NCBI RefSeq assembly: GCF_000142905.1
Contig: NW_013657649.1
Coordinates: 186,001 to 250,000, forward strand
Direction: 5' to 3'
From: Thecamonas trahens ATCC 50062
Taxonomy: Eukaryota > Protista > Apusomonadida
DNA length: 64,000 nucleotides
Shown here: positions 30,501-40,126 of the stretch, one piece after another
Numbering within the stretch: position 1 is the first letter of the stretch
How the letters are laid out: every line of letters begins with the position of its first letter
Notes under the pieces: model-generated
Database searches by the model: none
Seen by the model: the letters and a program-made list of their open reading frames with translations, nothing else
Told to the model about the DNA's origin: nothing
Program-made: the position numbers and the translations under genes

Positions 30501-32699
30501 GCCTTCTTACCCTTGCCCTTCTTGCCCTTCTTGCCCTTCTTGCCCTTCTTCTTGCCCTTCTTCTTACCGGCCTTGGCAGCATGGTCGGCGTAGTCGGTGT
30601 CGTACTCGGAAAGGTCGGAGCTTGAGCCGGACTTCTTCTTGTCCTTCCTGCCCTTCTTGCCCTTCTTACCCTTCTTCTTGCCCTTCTTCTTGCCGGCCTT
30701 GGAAGCATGGTCGGCGTAGTCGGTGTCGTACTCAGAGTAGTTGGAGCGAGCAGCAGCCTTGTCACCGGCATCGCCAGAAGAGACATCAACGGCGGCGGCC
30801 TTCTTGCCCTTGCCCTTCTTGCCCTTCTTACCCTTCTTCTTGCCCTTCTTCTTACCGGCCTTGGCTGCATGATCGGCGTAGTCGGTGTCGTACTCGGAAA
30901 GGTCGGAGCTTGAGCCGGACTTCTTCTTGCCCTTGCCCTTCTTGCCCTTGCCTGTCTTAAAGACGACATCGTTGTCATACGACGACAAATTTCGAGTGTA
31001 GTTCGCGTAGTCGGTGCCGTACTCGGATGCTGATCCACTGCGCTTGCCCTTGGCCTTCTTCTTGCCCTTGCCTTCCTTCTTCCCGTAGTTGCCGACATGC
31101 TCGTGGTTGACGTAGTCGGTGCCATACTCCGAGCCGTACGACGACGGGCCGTTGAACGAAGCGTAGTCCTTGTCGTACTCGGAGCCGTGCTCGGACTTGT
31201 GGTACACGTAGTCGTTATCATACGACGAAAAGCCGGGGCGGACAAGGTGATGAGCGTGATCGGTGTCGTACTCAGAGCCCGAACCCGAGCCCGACGAGTG
31301 GCCGGGCGCCCCAGCATGGTCTTTGGTGTCACCCGAGGAGACATCGACGGCTCCGGCCTTCTTGCCCTTGCCCTTTTTGCCCTTTTTGCCCTTTTTGCCC
31401 TTGCCCTTCTTGCCCTTCTTACCCTTCTTCTTGCCCTTCTTCTTACCGGCCTTGGCTGCATGATCGGCGTAGTCGGTGTCGTACTCGGAAAGGTCGGAGC
31501 TTGAGCCGGACTTCTTCTTGTCCTTGCCCTTCTTGCCCTTGCCTGTCCTTCTTCTTGCCCTTCTTCTTGCCGGCCTTGGAAGCATGGTCGGCGTAGTCGG
31601 TGTCGTACTCAGAGTAGTTGGAGCGAGCAGCAGCCTTGTCACCGGCATCACCGGAAGAGACATCAACGGCGGCGGCCTTCTTACCCTTGCCCTTCTTGCC
31701 CTTCTTGCCCTTCTTACCCTTCTTCTTGCCCTTCTTCTTGCCGGCCTTGGCAGCATGGTCGGCGTAGTCGGTGTCGTACTCGGAAAGGTCGGAGCTTGAG
31801 CCGGACTTCTTCTTGTCCTTCCTGCCCTTCTTGCCCTTCTTACCCTTCTTCTTGCCCTTCTTCTTGCCGGCCTTGGAAGCATGGTCGGCGTAGTCGGTGT
31901 CGTACTCAGAGTAGTTGGAGCGAGCAGCAGCCTTGTCACCGGCATCACCGGAAGAGACATCAACGGCGGCGGCCTTCTTACCCTTGCCCTTCTTGCCCTT
32001 CTTGCCCTTCTTACCCTTCTTCTTGCCCTTCTTCTTGCCGGCCTTGGCAGCATGGTCGGCGTAGTCGGTGTCGTACTCGGAAAGGTCGGAGCTTGAGCCG
32101 GACTTCTTCTTGCCCTTCTTGCCCTTCTTGCCCTTCTTACCCTTCTTCTTGCCCTTCTTCTTGCCGGCCTTGGAAGCATGGTCGGCGTAGTCGGTGTCGT
32201 ACTCTGAGTAGTTGGAGCGAGCAGCAGCCTTGTCGCCAGCGTCACCGGAAGAGACATCAACGGCGGCAGCCTTCTTACCCTTGCCGCGCTTCTTCTTGCC
32301 CTTGGCCTTTCCCTCATGGTCGGCATAGTCGGTGTCATACTCGGAGAACGAGAACGACTTGGCGCCCTTGTCACCATCACTGGCTGTGTCCGGCACGTCG
32401 ACCCGCGACGCTTTCTTGCGCGACGACGACGACGTAACCTTCTCATCGGATTCGGACGACGACGGCGAGCGCGACGGCGAGCGCGACGGCGAGCGCGACG
32501 ACGACGATGACGAAGAAGACGAAGACAACGAAACAGGGCACGAAGACGATGACGAGTACGCATTGAGCTTGACCTTGGTGGTTCCAGCGCCACGCTTAAA
32601 GTCGGTGTAGTCGGTGGCAATGTCCATGTCCATGTCCGAGTACCGCTCCCACGTGTAGGGATGGCGGTACCCGTCCCGGACGCCCCCACGACGTGACAT
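27554..32699 (-). CDS. Large Lys/Gly-rich tandem-repeat protein with SEYDTDYADH motifs (gap and local frameshifts inside)
   Basis: Repeats translate consistently as GKKK..., KKAAAVDVSSGDAGDKAAARSNYSEYDTDYADHA and KKKSGSSSDLSEYDTDYADHA, with synonymous third-position variation between copies; unique C-terminus ends TAA 27556-27554. Confidence 0.75.
28090..32345 (-). repeat. Higher-order coding tandem array, A+B unit ~297 bp
   Basis: Sequence at 31564, 31861 and 32158 recurs with a 297-bp period; about 20 visible SEYDTDY copies; spans the N-gap 29158-30127. Confidence 0.92.
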
Positions 32700-33446
32700 C
32701 TGCACCCTCCAATGCCACCCCCATCCTCACACGTCAGTCTTCCTGTCCTCCACCAACCATGTTCCCCAAAGAGAGTGCGAGCATGCAAGCGAGAGAGCGC
32801 AGCGCGCCCACGCTGGCAAGCCGCCAACTTCACCGCCTGCTCGACACCACCCACCACAGCGCCCACCTCCACCCCAGCCCCCCCTCAAGCAAGCCCATTC
32901 CCATCCAGCCCATCTCCATCACGTTTTCTTCCATTACCCACAACCCGCTATCCCCTGCCTCCCTCCATGTCCACACTAGCCCCCGGGCCATGGCGGGCGA
33001 CCCACCCCGAACCACTCCGGAAGTCAACGAACAATGCACAGGTAAACGAGTGGTGTGGCTGGAATGGCTCAAAATTTGTAAGTAACATGACAGCCGCCAC
33101 CACCATACTTTGCCCATCAGACCTGACAGACTCGCCAACCGAACCGAGCCGACGGACGAGCCGAACTGCCTGACACAGCCGGCCACACCATCATCATCTA
33201 TGTCTTTCGCCTCATCTTATCTGCCTTTGCAATCGCCACTGCCACTACAGTTCGGTATACATACACTATCAACACCATCCCGATCCTCTGATCCCCCCCC
33301 CCCCCCCCCCCCCCTCCCCGGACGTTGAACCCGCCTCGGGCACAACCGCCTGCGCCTCTAGCCCCTGGCACCGGGTCACTCGCAGTCACTCGCTCACTAG
33401 CAATAGTGGCAGTTGGTGGTAGTGATGATCACCCACACCACTACAG

Positions 33447-34610
33447 ATGCCAGGGACACGGACTGGGGGTGGGAGTGGCTCGCTGGCCCGGCTACGGGCA
33501 CAAGTTGCCATGCTCCGGGCGCAGGTCGAGGAGGGCGAAGAGGCCCGGGCCGTCGTCGAAGTCGCCCGTGACGCCTACAAGCTGCAGGTCTCTGAGCTGG
33601 AAGCCCAGCTGGCTGACGCCACGCTGTCCATCTCGCGCCTGGAGCGCGAGGTCCGAGACGGTTCGCGGAAGCTCCACTCGGAGTTGACTCGTGAGCAGGC
33701 TGCGCTTGCTCAGCGCTCGGAGCTGGCCTCGATGAAGGACGCACAGATCCGTGCGCTGCGGGCACAGGTTGCCGAGCTCGACGCGCTCTCGGTAACCCAT
33801 GACGAGGTCATGACTCTGGGCGATGAGCTCTCGCTCGACGCCTCCATGTCTGACTTTTCTGCCTTTTCGCTCCTCGCCCCATCCGAGAGTGGCGGCGATG
33901 ACGGCCTCTCGCGCTCTGAGCTCCGGGTCAAGCTCGCAGAGCTGCGCCGGGCGCTCAAAGTCTCCCGCCGTCGGACTTCCGAGCTAGCCGAGGCCAACAC
34001 CTCGCTGACCGACCAGCTGATGCGGGCCCAGGAGTTCTCACGCATCACCGCTGTCCAGAATAGGGCACTGCGCAAGCAAATGGGACTCGCCCCGGCCGAC
34101 GACGAGGAGGGCTACATCTCCGACTACTCGCGCTCATCCATGGCCCACACTCTCATCCGCGAGAACAAGGCCCTGCGCGACGAAATGGCCGCCGCCCACG
34201 AACACAATTCGGTCCTGGTAGCCAAGATCAAGGAGCAGACCCACACCGCCGAGCTCCGCGACCGCGCTGCCGCCCAACAAGCTCGCAATCTCGCTGCCGC
34301 CCGCTCGCGCTTTGATGCCGAGAAGCGGAACCTCGAGCTCCAGCAGGAGGTCCGCGACCTCCGCCTCAAGCTTGAGCGCGTCGAGGCCGAGGCCGAGGCT
34401 GCCGCCGTCGAGGACGTTCAGGCTGTCGCTGCCACTGAGGCTCGCGTCAAAGCCAAGTATCGCACTGCTCTCGTCAAGGCCAAGAAGCGGCTCTTCCTCT
34501 ACCGCCGTAAGATCTCCCAGCTCGAGGCCATCATCGCCCGCCTCCGCAAGGAGCTCACAGATTTCAAGGGCACCGTCCGTAACCTCAAGGCCTACATTCT
34601 CCGCACATAG
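33447..34610 (+). CDS. Uncharacterised long coiled-coil protein (387 aa)
   Basis: Strong GC3 bias and E/K/R/L/A heptad pattern; no domain recognised. Confidence 0.75.
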   Translation: MPGTRTGGGSGSLARLRAQVAMLRAQVEEGEEARAVVEVARDAYKLQVSELEAQLADATLSISRLEREVRDGSRKLHSELTREQAALAQRSELASMKDAQIRALRAQVAELDALSVTHDEVMTLGDELSLDASMSDFSAFSLLAPSESGGDDGLSRSELRVKLAELRRALKVSRRRTSELAEANTSLTDQLMRAQEFSRITAVQNRALRKQMGLAPADDEEGYISDYSRSSMAHTLIRENKALRDEMAAAHEHNSVLVAKIKEQTHTAELRDRAAAQQARNLAAARSRFDAEKRNLELQQEVRDLRLKLERVEAEAEAAAVEDVQAVAATEARVKAKYRTALVKAKKRLFLYRRKISQLEAIIARLRKELTDFKGTVRNLKAYILRT

Positions 34611-34816
34611 CCTCACCATGAACCCATACCTACCTCCGATCGATCCCCCAGCTCGCCGCGACGCCCGACCAAAAACCAGCCACGAGCTAGCGACTACCTC
34701 CCCGGACAGCTAGCGTCCTTGGCCGCAGCCACAGCCACTGCACTACGCAGCTCCCCCAAACCCGCCCGCCCACCTCACCCCAACCCACCCCACCTCACCT
34801 CACTCTACACTCCACA

Positions 34817-36589
34817 ATGGACAAACCATCCCTCAAGCGCAAGCGGTCGCTGTCAGACGCACCGCCGTCACCCTCGGGCGCCTGGTCGCGGCACACGTCG
34901 CAGACACACGGCGAGGACTACTGGTTCAACAGCAAGACGGGCAAGCAGATCTGGGTTCGCGAGCTGGTGGCAAAGCGGGAGAAGCAGGAAGCTTCCGAGG
35001 CCGGCCTGGGCGTGAAGCGCCACAAGGGACTGTCGCCAGCCACCGCCATGGGTGCCGGCCCGCTAGCAGGCGCTGCCCCGGTTACAAACTCGACGCACAT
35101 GGGCTCGGCGTCGTCGCTGGCGTCGGGCGCGGCGGCAGCAGCGTCAACCCCGGTGGCGCCACCGAGTGGCGCTAGTGTGGGCGAGTTCGGCAGCGCGACG
35201 GCAGACGAGGGGGCAGGGCCGTCGGGCGAGGGAGCTCGGTCGTACGAGGAGATTCTGCAGATCAACACGACGTGGCTCCCGCACTGCACGCCGCGCAACG
35301 TGACGGACAAGTTCCTCGAGTTCTTTGCGCCGCTTCACATCCTCACGCTCCGGCAGCGGGTCTCCGAGTACCACATCAAGGTGGAACTCGGCGGCGACGA
35401 GTCGCTGGCCGAGGGCATGCTCTATCCGCCGGACTGCCCGCATGTGGCTGTCATGCGCCAGCAGCGGACCAAGATGCTCCGCAACGACATCAAGCAGCTG
35501 TGCGTGGCCGAGGGTGGCCTCTCCAAGGAGCCGGCGATGTGCTACGACCGGTGGATGTTTGTGCAAAAGCTGCTGGAGGATCCAGGCTTTGCCAAGGACC
35601 CAGTCCTGCCCAACACAGCCATCTTTGATGTCAACCTCGTCAAGGAGCTCATGGCTGCCGGCATGAACTACGACGTGGCGCGATCGATTGTGGACCAGTT
35701 TGTGGGCGCGGTGGCCAAGACCGTCGACACCATTGCTGCTGAGCCGCGCTGTGAGATGGGCGGCCGCTGCACGGCAGGTACGCAGGGTATCCACACCCGC
35801 GGAATGCAGACGACAACGTACCAGGACGGCGAGGAGATTACGGTGGCGGCATCCGAGGTCTCGTGGAACCAGAGCAAGTTTCTGGTCGAGTTTGAAAAGT
35901 ACAACGAGCTGCTGGCTCGGTACAAGCGGGCGAACGAGGGGCAGGTCGACGAGAGCGGCGAGCCGATCCCGTTTTCGATGGAAACCTTTCTGTGGCACTT
36001 CTTCATTCTGCTTGTCCGCTATGAAGCGCTCGGCGCCGGCTCGTACCAGGCGGCGCTCCCGCGCTCAGCCTTTGGTGTTCTCCAGCGGCGGCTGGGCGTG
36101 ACGACCGAGTGCTTTGCCTCGCCGCTCAATGCCACCCTCGAGCAGTACCACTCGGCGTACTACGACACAGATATTGCGTTTGGCTCGTTTGGCTCGTTCT
36201 TTGACTCGTACCCGGAAGAGGGCTCGTTTGAGGCGAACCCGCCGTTTGTGGAGGAGACCATGAAGGCTATGATCGAGCACCTTGACGATCTCTTCTCGCG
36301 CTCAGCCAAGCCGCTCTCGTTTGTGGTCATCATCCCGGCGTGGCGCGACGCCGACGCGTGGCGCATGCTTGCCGAGTCGCCGTACATGCGCCGCATGTTT
36401 GAGATGCCCAAGCGCGGCCACCGCTACGTCGTCGGCCGCCAGCACATTGTCCGCCGCAACAAGACTCGCGACTTTGTAGCCCCGTTTGGCACCGGCGTCT
36501 TTGTCCTGCAGAACGATGCGGGCGCTGGCCGCTGGCCGGCCGATGACGCTTTCCAGAAGGAGTTCTTCCACGCCTTTGCCAACGGATAG
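34817..36589 (+). CDS. PCIF1: Cap-specific adenosine N6-methyltransferase CAPAM/PCIF1
   Basis: N-terminal WW (WSRHTS..HGEDYWFNSKTGKQIW), YQAALP, ECFASPLN, DIAFGSFG, GSFEANPPF (NPPF catalytic), LSFVVIIPAW and VFVLQNDAG motifs. Confidence 0.93.
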   Translation: MDKPSLKRKRSLSDAPPSPSGAWSRHTSQTHGEDYWFNSKTGKQIWVRELVAKREKQEASEAGLGVKRHKGLSPATAMGAGPLAGAAPVTNSTHMGSASSLASGAAAAASTPVAPPSGASVGEFGSATADEGAGPSGEGARSYEEILQINTTWLPHCTPRNVTDKFLEFFAPLHILTLRQRVSEYHIKVELGGDESLAEGMLYPPDCPHVAVMRQQRTKMLRNDIKQLCVAEGGLSKEPAMCYDRWMFVQKLLEDPGFAKDPVLPNTAIFDVNLVKELMAAGMNYDVARSIVDQFVGAVAKTVDTIAAEPRCEMGGRCTAGTQGIHTRGMQTTTYQDGEEITVAASEVSWNQSKFLVEFEKYNELLARYKRANEGQVDESGEPIPFSMETFLWHFFILLVRYEALGAGSYQAALPRSAFGVLQRRLGVTTECFASPLNATLEQYHSAYYDTDIAFGSFGSFFDSYPEEGSFEANPPFVEETMKAMIEHLDDLFSRSAKPLSFVVIIPAWRDADAWRMLAESPYMRRMFEMPKRGHRYVVGRQHIVRRNKTRDFVAPFGTGVFVLQNDAGAGRWPADDAFQKEFFHAFANG

Positions 36590-36642
36590 GCGTTGTTTGC
36601 CGGTCAAGGCGGGCCAGGCTTGCCCCTACTGGACTGCGGCAT

Positions 36643-38023
36643 TTACTTCTTGCGGCGCTTGCGCGAGCGGGTGACCCGCGGGGCCTCCTCGGCGACGGCG
36701 TCCTCCTCGGCGGCGGCGTCCTCCTCGGCGGCGGCGTCCTCCTCGGCGGCGGCGGCGTCGTCATCGGCGGTCTTGCCCTTGGACTTGGCCTTGCCGGAGC
36801 GTGCGCGCTTCTTGCCGGTAGTTTGATCGGCCTCGGCCTCGGTCTCGGGCTCCTTGACCTTCTTAGCATCCTTGGTCGTCTTCGCCTTCTTGGCCTTCTT
36901 GGTCTCGGCAGACTCGGCGGGCTTGGACGACTTCTTCGCCTTGCTGCTGACGATCGAGTTGTCGGTGTCAAGATCTGCGATCCAGCCGATGGGGTTCTTG
37001 GCGCGGCGGTTGCTCTCAATTCGCTTGATCTCGGCTTCGGTGGGCTTGACGACGGCGTCGGACGACACATTCGTCTTGGCCTTGTAAACTGGAAGAGCGA
37101 CCGAGTCGCGGGTCTTGATGTGCATGGACCGGAAGTTGTCCCAGCCACCAGGAACGATCTTGGCGGCAGCCTTTGCGGCCGCAACGGCGTTGGCCACCAG
37201 CTTGTCCTCGTCCCACGAGGCGTAGCCAATCTTCAGCGAGAAGCTCACGCCACGCGTGAGGTAGAGCTGGATGGAGGAAAAGGCGCGGGCGAGCGACTTG
37301 CGGACCGACGATCCCGGCTGCATATCCACCATGGTCGGCAGGCGCTTCTTGGTGTAGAACTTCTTGCCGAGCCGCTTAGGCAGCTGCTGCATGATGCGCG
37401 AGTCGGCGAGAAACATGTCGTACGAGGCCAAAAGCACACGCCTCGCCTCGTACGTGTACGTCATCTCGCCCAGACCGGCCACATCGATGACGTTGAGGTT
37501 GCCCTTGAGCCCGAGCTCCTCGGCAGTCTCACGGATCTTGTCCTCGTACGCCGACGCCGGGTCCTTGACAATGAAGCAGATGTCCGTATCCGCCTCCACC
37601 AGCGAGTGCGGGACAGGGAGCGAGTACGGGTTCGTCCGCGCCGCCACCGGCGGCCGATGCAGGCCGAGGGTGAGGTAGATGGGCGTCTCGTCGGCACCCA
37701 GCAGGCCCTCGACACCCTCCTTGTCTGCGATGCTCTTCTCCACAAACGCGATCAGCGCCTGCATGGCGTGCGCAGTCTGTTCTCCACATCCTCATCCCCA
37801 TGTGAGTCCCCCCCCCCCCCCCCAGCCTGATTATTGGAAATTAAAATCAGTACAAGATATCCTGCCACCCCCCCCCCTCTATGCCCCCCCCCCCTCCCCT
37901 ACTCCCCCCCTCCCCTACTCCCCTCCCTCCCCCCCTCCTCCTCTTCCCTCTTCCCTCTCCCCTTCCTTCTCACTATGAACACTCTCTCCGGATACGTACC
38001 CGCTTTGAGGAAAGCTTGGGCAT
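36643..38023 (-). CDS. RSL1D1: Ribosomal L1 domain-containing protein (RSL1D1/Utp30/Cic1); exons 38023-38000 and 37776-36643
   Basis: ICFIVKDP, YDMFLADSRI..LPKRLGKKFY and WDNFRSMHIKT..SVALPVY motifs; phase-0 intron CGG|gtacgt...aacag|ACT gives MPKLSSKRTAHAMQAL. Confidence 0.9.
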
Positions 38024-38099
38024 GGCAAAGCGAATGAGTGAGATGCAGACTGGTGGGGTGCGGTTGGCCAGTGGTTGGCTGGTGCGAGCAGGGAGCACT

Positions 38100-38150
38100 G
38101 TCGGCCATTCGGCCATTCGGCTACTCGGCCATTCGGCTCCTCGGCCATCC
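38100..38150. repeat. 8-bp tandem repeat (TCGGCCAT, ~6 copies) upstream of RSL1D1
   Basis: tcggccat tcggccat tcggctac tcggccat tcggctcc tcggccat. Confidence 0.8.
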
Positions 38151-38289
38151 GTCTTGCCTCTCCCTCCGTCCTTGTCCAGGACATCATCAGATGGCAAACA
38201 TAGTGGGATGGTGGTCAAGTCAGTGACATCAATTGCATTCAGCCCCATCGCCGGTCTATGGCCGTGTGGTAGCCCAAAGGGGGGGGAGG

Positions 38290-40005
38290 CTACGGGGCGC
38301 GACGGAGCGGGCTGCCGCCGGTGCTGCGGATCTGGAGGCTGAGCGACGGCGGGACGGTGGCGGAGAGGCTCGCTGCGTCTGCTGATGGAGCGAGGGAGAT
38401 GGCGAGCGTCTTGAGCGAGGGTGCGGCATGAGCCAATGATGCGATGGCGCTGGGCGTAAAGGTGAGGATGCCAGTGAGCTTGAGGTCGCGGAGGGCGCAG
38501 GCCTGTGCAGCAGGCGAGGCCGCCAGGAGGGGGAGGATGGCATCAGTGACGCTTGGGAGCGAGGCAAGCGAGAGCGAGCGGAGCTTGGCCGAGGAGGCTT
38601 GGCCGATGATAGCACTGACGGCGTCATCGTCGAGAGCAACGCATCGGGCGAGGTCCAACCGGACCAGCGCCGGAAAGGCCGAGCCGAGAACGGTAGCGGC
38701 GGCATGACCAAGCTTGTCGCAGCCGGCAAGCGAGAGCTCTCTCAGTGAAGGCCCTAGAGTGCTGGCAAGCTGGGCCACGCCGCCTTCGGTGAGGTGCGAG
38801 ACATCGCTGAGATTGAGCCGCTGCAGCGCCGGCGCGCCGGCGGCAATAAAGGCGAGCGCCTTGTCAGTCAAGTGCTGGCAGGCCGAGAGATTGAGATGGG
38901 TGAGCGCAGCACCGCCGCCGTCAGCGAGTAGCAGCTGCACGCCGCGATCTGTAACGGCGCGGCAGACCGAGGCAGTGAGCGAGGCCAACGACGGCGGGCC
39001 ACCCCACGGCGCGGGCCACTGTGGCGACGGCCGCCACGCATGCTGTAGCGGCGAGAGCGGCGGGGCGATGAGGGTGCTGTCGGCTACCGACATCGCAGAG
39101 GTATCATCACCATAAACAGAGCCGAGCAGCAGGCCCATGTACCGGAACGATCGGTCGGTGGCGCCTGCAGGGTTGATGCGGATCTTGGGCGCGAGCCGGA
39201 CCAGCCGCGGTACCGCAAAGTGCAGCGAGGTGTCGGTGAAGCGAGTATGCGAGAGCAATGCCGTCCACACAGCCTCCAGCTGCGGTGTGGCAATCAGAGC
39301 CTTGCGCCAGGCCCAGCAGACCCGCGAGGCCGGGACAAGGACGGACTCGGGCGGCGATGCGACGAGTACAATCCGCACAAGCAGCGAGGCGGGGAGCGCG
39401 TCCCAAGTGGAAGCAGGTGAGCGCGCAGCATCGTCAGGAGTTAGAGCGGGGGCATGATTAACAGCTGTTGGTGGCACCGGGGGGCTGTCGGCTGCGATGG
39501 AGGCGGGCGGCGGCGACAGCGGCAGCGGCGGCAGCGGGCGCTGGAGGCGGGCAATGCGACGAGAGGCGTCAGCTGGCGGGGGCGGAGGCGAATTTCCCAG
39601 CAACCGCGCAGTGTGCGAAGCGGCTGCCGCGTGTAGGCGCTCTGCGGCCACCGCAGCAGCTCGCTCGGCGTCGAGGGCGACGCGGAGGGTGTGGACCGAG
39701 GCGCGCAGGTCTGTGGCTTCGCGCTCTGCGGCGTCGCGCGCAGCGTGTGCAGCGGCCAGCTCGTCACGAAGAAGCTGCGTGGCGGCAGTAGCGGCAGCTT
39801 GAGTGGCAGCGGCGTCGGCTTGGGCGGCAGCAGCAGCGGCTTGGGCGGCAGCGGCATCAGTGCGAGCCGCTGCGAGAGCCTGAGTGAGGCCGGCGGCGGC
39901 AACCTCGTACTCGTCGAGCTCACTCTCGCAGCGGCGCAGCTCGTCGGTGAGGGCAGCGCATGCGGCGCATGGAGGGGGTGAGGATGAGGATATAGAGGAC
40001 GACAT
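38290..40005 (-). CDS. F-box/LRR protein with N-terminal coiled coil
   Basis: F-box WDALPASLLVRIV...ASRVCWAWR; cysteine-containing LRRs (LTHLNLSACQHLTD, LRELSLAGCDKL, LVRLDLARCVALDD). Confidence 0.85.
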   Translation of the reverse strand: MSSSISSSSPPPCAACAALTDELRRCESELDEYEVAAAGLTQALAAARTDAAAAQAAAAAAQADAAATQAAATAATQLLRDELAAAHAARDAAEREATDLRASVHTLRVALDAERAAAVAAERLHAAAASHTARLLGNSPPPPPADASRRIARLQRPLPPLPLSPPPASIAADSPPVPPTAVNHAPALTPDDAARSPASTWDALPASLLVRIVLVASPPESVLVPASRVCWAWRKALIATPQLEAVWTALLSHTRFTDTSLHFAVPRLVRLAPKIRINPAGATDRSFRYMGLLLGSVYGDDTSAMSVADSTLIAPPLSPLQHAWRPSPQWPAPWGGPPSLASLTASVCRAVTDRGVQLLLADGGGAALTHLNLSACQHLTDKALAFIAAGAPALQRLNLSDVSHLTEGGVAQLASTLGPSLRELSLAGCDKLGHAAATVLGSAFPALVRLDLARCVALDDDAVSAIIGQASSAKLRSLSLASLPSVTDAILPLLAASPAAQACALRDLKLTGILTFTPSAIASLAHAAPSLKTLAISLAPSADAASLSATVPPSLSLQIRSTGGSPLRRAP

Positions 40006-40126
40006 GGGCGGGGGGAGGGAGGGGGGGGGGGAGTCCGGTGGTTGTGGGGAGAACTGGGCGGACAAAGCAGGGGGGGAGGGGGGGAGGGGAGTAGTGTGTG
40101 AGTGTTAGGGCAAAGGGCGTGGGCAT

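Noticed and set aside
28890-31555. Frameshifts inside the SEYDTDY gene as pseudogenisation
   Set aside because: They sit next to the gap or within collapsed near-identical repeats, where low-quality consensus is expected.
27554-32345. Repeat array as CRISPR or satellite DNA
   Set aside because: No unique spacers or cas genes; units are multiples of 3 with synonymous variation, so it is a coding repeat.
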